Part shown: positions 61,662-64,000 of the stretch, one piece after another
How positions within the stretch are numbered: the first letter of the stretch is position 1
Layout: each line of letters starts with the position of its first letter
DNA from: an uncultured Verrucomicrobiae bacterium
GTDB taxonomy: Bacteria; Verrucomicrobiota; Verrucomicrobiia; Chthoniobacterales; Chthoniobacteraceae
Length of the DNA stretch: 64,000 nt
NCBI GenBank assembly: GCA_963828525.1
Contig: CAWHEP010000008.1
Span: 192,001-256,000, forward strand
Direction of reading: 5' to 3'
Notes under the pieces: generated by a model
What the model saw: only the letters and a program-made list of their open reading frames with translations
Databases searched by the model: none
What the model was told of the DNA's origin: nothing
Program-made: the position numbers and the translations under genes

Positions 61662-62476
61662 GGCGATTAGCCCCCGGTTTTGTCGCGCTGTACGCTGTCA
61701 CGGTGGGACTGCTCATTATCATCCTTTCGCCCTTTGCCGTAGTGACGCTGGGTTCATTTTTGGATACCCGTTTTATTGGCATCTCCAGTGAAGTCTGGCC
61801 CGGGGCGCGCCCGCTAATCGATTTTAGTGGCTTCGGATATGTTTGGGGCCTGTATCACACCTCCTTCTTCTTTAGCCTCAAACTGGCCTTTCTCTCGGCG
61901 CTCCTCGCTTTGTTCATTGGCGCGCCAGGCGGTTACGCGCTCTTCGAACGAACTTTCGGGGGAGCGGGTTTGATGGAAAGCATCATCATGCTGCCGCTTT
62001 CGATGCCGGGCGTTGCCCTCTCCATCGGACTCATCCAGGCGTTTGCTATCATCCGGAATCGCTGGTGGCTGATCCTGGCGGGACACCTTTTATACACGGT
62101 GCCGTTTATGACGCGCCTCGTTATCAACTCGCTGCGGGCCGCAAACATCCCCGAGATGGAGAACTGCGCGCGCGCGCTCGGCGCGAGTTTTCCCCAGCGC
62201 TTGCGTCTCATCGTCCTCCCCACCCTGCGGCGCGCCCTGGTCACGGGTTTGCTGATCGTTTTCGCCGTATCATGGGGCGAGTTCAATGTCAGCTATCTCC
62301 TGAATACCCCTGTTAACCAGACGTATCCCGCCGCCCTTTTCGGAACATACACCAGCAATAGTTTCCAGGTGGCCAGCGCCGCGACGGTTCTCTTCCTCGC
62401 TGTGCTGGCGCCCGTGTTTATGCTCATCCAGTGGGTCGGCGCCGATCGCGCCGCGCCACCCGAGCAAGGGGCGTAG
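61658..62476 (+). CDS. ABC permease
   Basis: ENCARALGA, SWGEFN. Confidence 0.9.
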   Translation: MRRLAPGFVALYAVTVGLLIIILSPFAVVTLGSFLDTRFIGISSEVWPGARPLIDFSGFGYVWGLYHTSFFFSLKLAFLSALLALFIGAPGGYALFERTFGGAGLMESIIMLPLSMPGVALSIGLIQAFAIIRNRWWLILAGHLLYTVPFMTRLVINSLRAANIPEMENCARALGASFPQRLRLIVLPTLRRALVTGLLIVFAVSWGEFNVSYLLNTPVNQTYPAALFGTYTSNSFQVASAATVLFLAVLAPVFMLIQWVGADRAAPPEQGA

Positions 62477-62478
62477 CT

Positions 62479-63516
62479 GTGGCTCATCTGGAGGCGCATG
62501 GCCTGTCCAAATACTATGGAGAGAAGGCTGCGCTGCGCGACTTTACCCACGCATTCTCCGAAGGAAAAATAACCGTTCTGCTGGGACCGAGCGGTTCCGG
62601 CAAAACAACGGCCCTGAATCTTTTAGCCGGCATCCTGACGGCGGATAGCGGCGCGCTGCTATTGGATGGCAAAAATATCACCGCGGCGCCACCGGAGCAG
62701 CGGGACTTTGGATTCGTTTTTCAGAACTACGTCCTGTTCCCGCACCTGACGGTGGAGGAGAATGTGGGCTTTGGGCTGCGGGTGCGTGGGGTCGCCGCCA
62801 AAGCGCGCAGGGAACGCGCGCGCGAGACGCTGGAATTGGCTCGAATAGCTCATCTCGCCGGACGGTATGTATCCCAAATTTCCGGCGGCGAGCAGCAACG
62901 CGTTGCTGTAGCCCGCGCGGTCGCTTACAGGCCTCGTGTGCTGCTGATGGATGAACCGCTTTCCGCCGTGGACGCGCGGCTGCGCGCGGAATTGCGGAAC
63001 GAACTCTCAATCCTTTTGAGAAGCCTAGCGATCACAACAATTTACGTCACGCATGACCAGGAGGAGGCAATGAGCCTGGGCGACGAAATCATCGTCCTTG
63101 ATAAAGGAGCCGTGGAGCAGAGCGGCCCGGCACGTGACGTATATTGCAATCCCGCCAACTCGACTGTGGCAACGCTTCTGGGCCACGCGAACGTTTTCCC
63201 AATCCGGCGCCCTGGGAACCAGGATGCCGGAGTCGCGGAGCTTCCGTTTGCCCGCCTGTCTGCATCCGGCGCGAACGGTGAACCGAATTGCCATGTGATG
63301 TTCCGTCCCGAGGATGTGGAGATTGTTCCCGAGGAACACGCGGATTTCTCGGCGGTGGTGGTTCTAGTCGAATTTCTCGGCAATCGCCTGCGCCTCCACC
63401 TGTCTGTCGATGAACATCGTATTCTTGTGGATACAAGCAATGATCTCAGAGTTGTAACAGGAGCGCGTCTGCACTGCAGGGTGAAGCCGGAAAAGATTCG
63501 CGTTTTGCCAAGTTAA
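62479..63516 (+). CDS. ABC ATP-binding protein (PotA/FbpC-like)
   Basis: GPSGSGKT, FQNYVLFPHL, ISGGEQQR, MDEPLS, THDQEEA, TOBE-like tail. Confidence 0.93.
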   Translation: MAHLEAHGLSKYYGEKAALRDFTHAFSEGKITVLLGPSGSGKTTALNLLAGILTADSGALLLDGKNITAAPPEQRDFGFVFQNYVLFPHLTVEENVGFGLRVRGVAAKARRERARETLELARIAHLAGRYVSQISGGEQQRVAVARAVAYRPRVLLMDEPLSAVDARLRAELRNELSILLRSLAITTIYVTHDQEEAMSLGDEIIVLDKGAVEQSGPARDVYCNPANSTVATLLGHANVFPIRRPGNQDAGVAELPFARLSASGANGEPNCHVMFRPEDVEIVPEEHADFSAVVVLVEFLGNRLRLHLSVDEHRILVDTSNDLRVVTGARLHCRVKPEKIRVLPS

Positions 63517-63525
63517 GCGCGCGAA

Positions 63526-64000
63526 ATGGACGCGAATAGTAATCAGGCAGGCATTTCCCCTATTGCGGCTCTGGAGAAAGGGACGGAGCGCATCGCTGTG
63601 TTCGGCGGAATCTACAGCAACCACGTCGCGTTGGAGGCGTTGCTCAGAGACGTCGAGGGGCGTGGCATAGAGCGTCTGTATTGCCTCGGGGATCTGGGTG
63701 GGTTCGGGCCATATCCTAACCGGGTCTTTCCGTTGCTGATCGAGAAAAAGATTCCGGTCATACGGGGTAATTACGACGATGCCATTGGCAATGAATTGGG
63801 TAATTGCCAGTGCGGTTACACTGATCCACGGGATAACTACTTCGCGCGGCTTTCTTACGATTACACTCTAAAGAATACCTCGGCCGAAAATAAGAAGTGG
63901 CTGCGGGATCTCCCTGGAGAAATTCGGCTGCGTCTCGGAGCCTTCGAGGTGCTGCTCTGCCACGGCTCCCCCCGGCGGACCAATGAGTTCCTTTGGGAAT
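63526..64000 (+). CDS. Metallophosphoesterase family protein (partial; not in the ORF track)
   Basis: IAVFGGIYSN, CLGDLGG, IRGNYD, CQCGY, CHGSP; runs off the window. Confidence 0.85.
   Translation, partial: MDANSNQAGISPIAALEKGTERIAVFGGIYSNHVALEALLRDVEGRGIERLYCLGDLGGFGPYPNRVFPLLIEKKIPVIRGNYDDAIGNELGNCQCGYTDPRDNYFARLSYDYTLKNTSAENKKWLRDLPGEIRLRLGAFEVLLCHGSPRRTNEFLWE

Overview
A gene-dense, GC-rich bacterial window. Gene content suggests Verrucomicrobiota, possibly Chthoniobacterales (inference only). Housekeeping genes include a class I LysRS beside tRNA-Lys(UUU), mqnC, aat, gpsA, plsY, polX, tRNA-Ala(GGC), two ECF sigma modules, dsbD/redoxin and several transporters. Three accessory patches stand out: (i) a decayed island at the 3' end of tRNA-Lys with integrase and ParE/RelE remnants; (ii) an integrase-less integron cassette locus at 28.0-29.6 kb with one complete attC, one half attC, a cassette ORF, a Phd-VapC pair and an SDR fragment ending exactly at the attC; (iii) a defence-like island at 52.3-56.9 kb with a PaeR7I/XhoI-family R-M pair and an unannotated, translationally coupled PD-(D/E)XK nuclease plus unknown protein. 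Four apparent frameshifts are each repaired by removing one base, and each repair restores AGTAC/GTACT. This suggests methylation-linked base-calling errors rather than true pseudogenes. The window ends in an operon of lipoprotein hydrolase, porin, ABC importer and an atypical metallophosphoesterase. All calls come from reading motifs by eye; no database searches were run.
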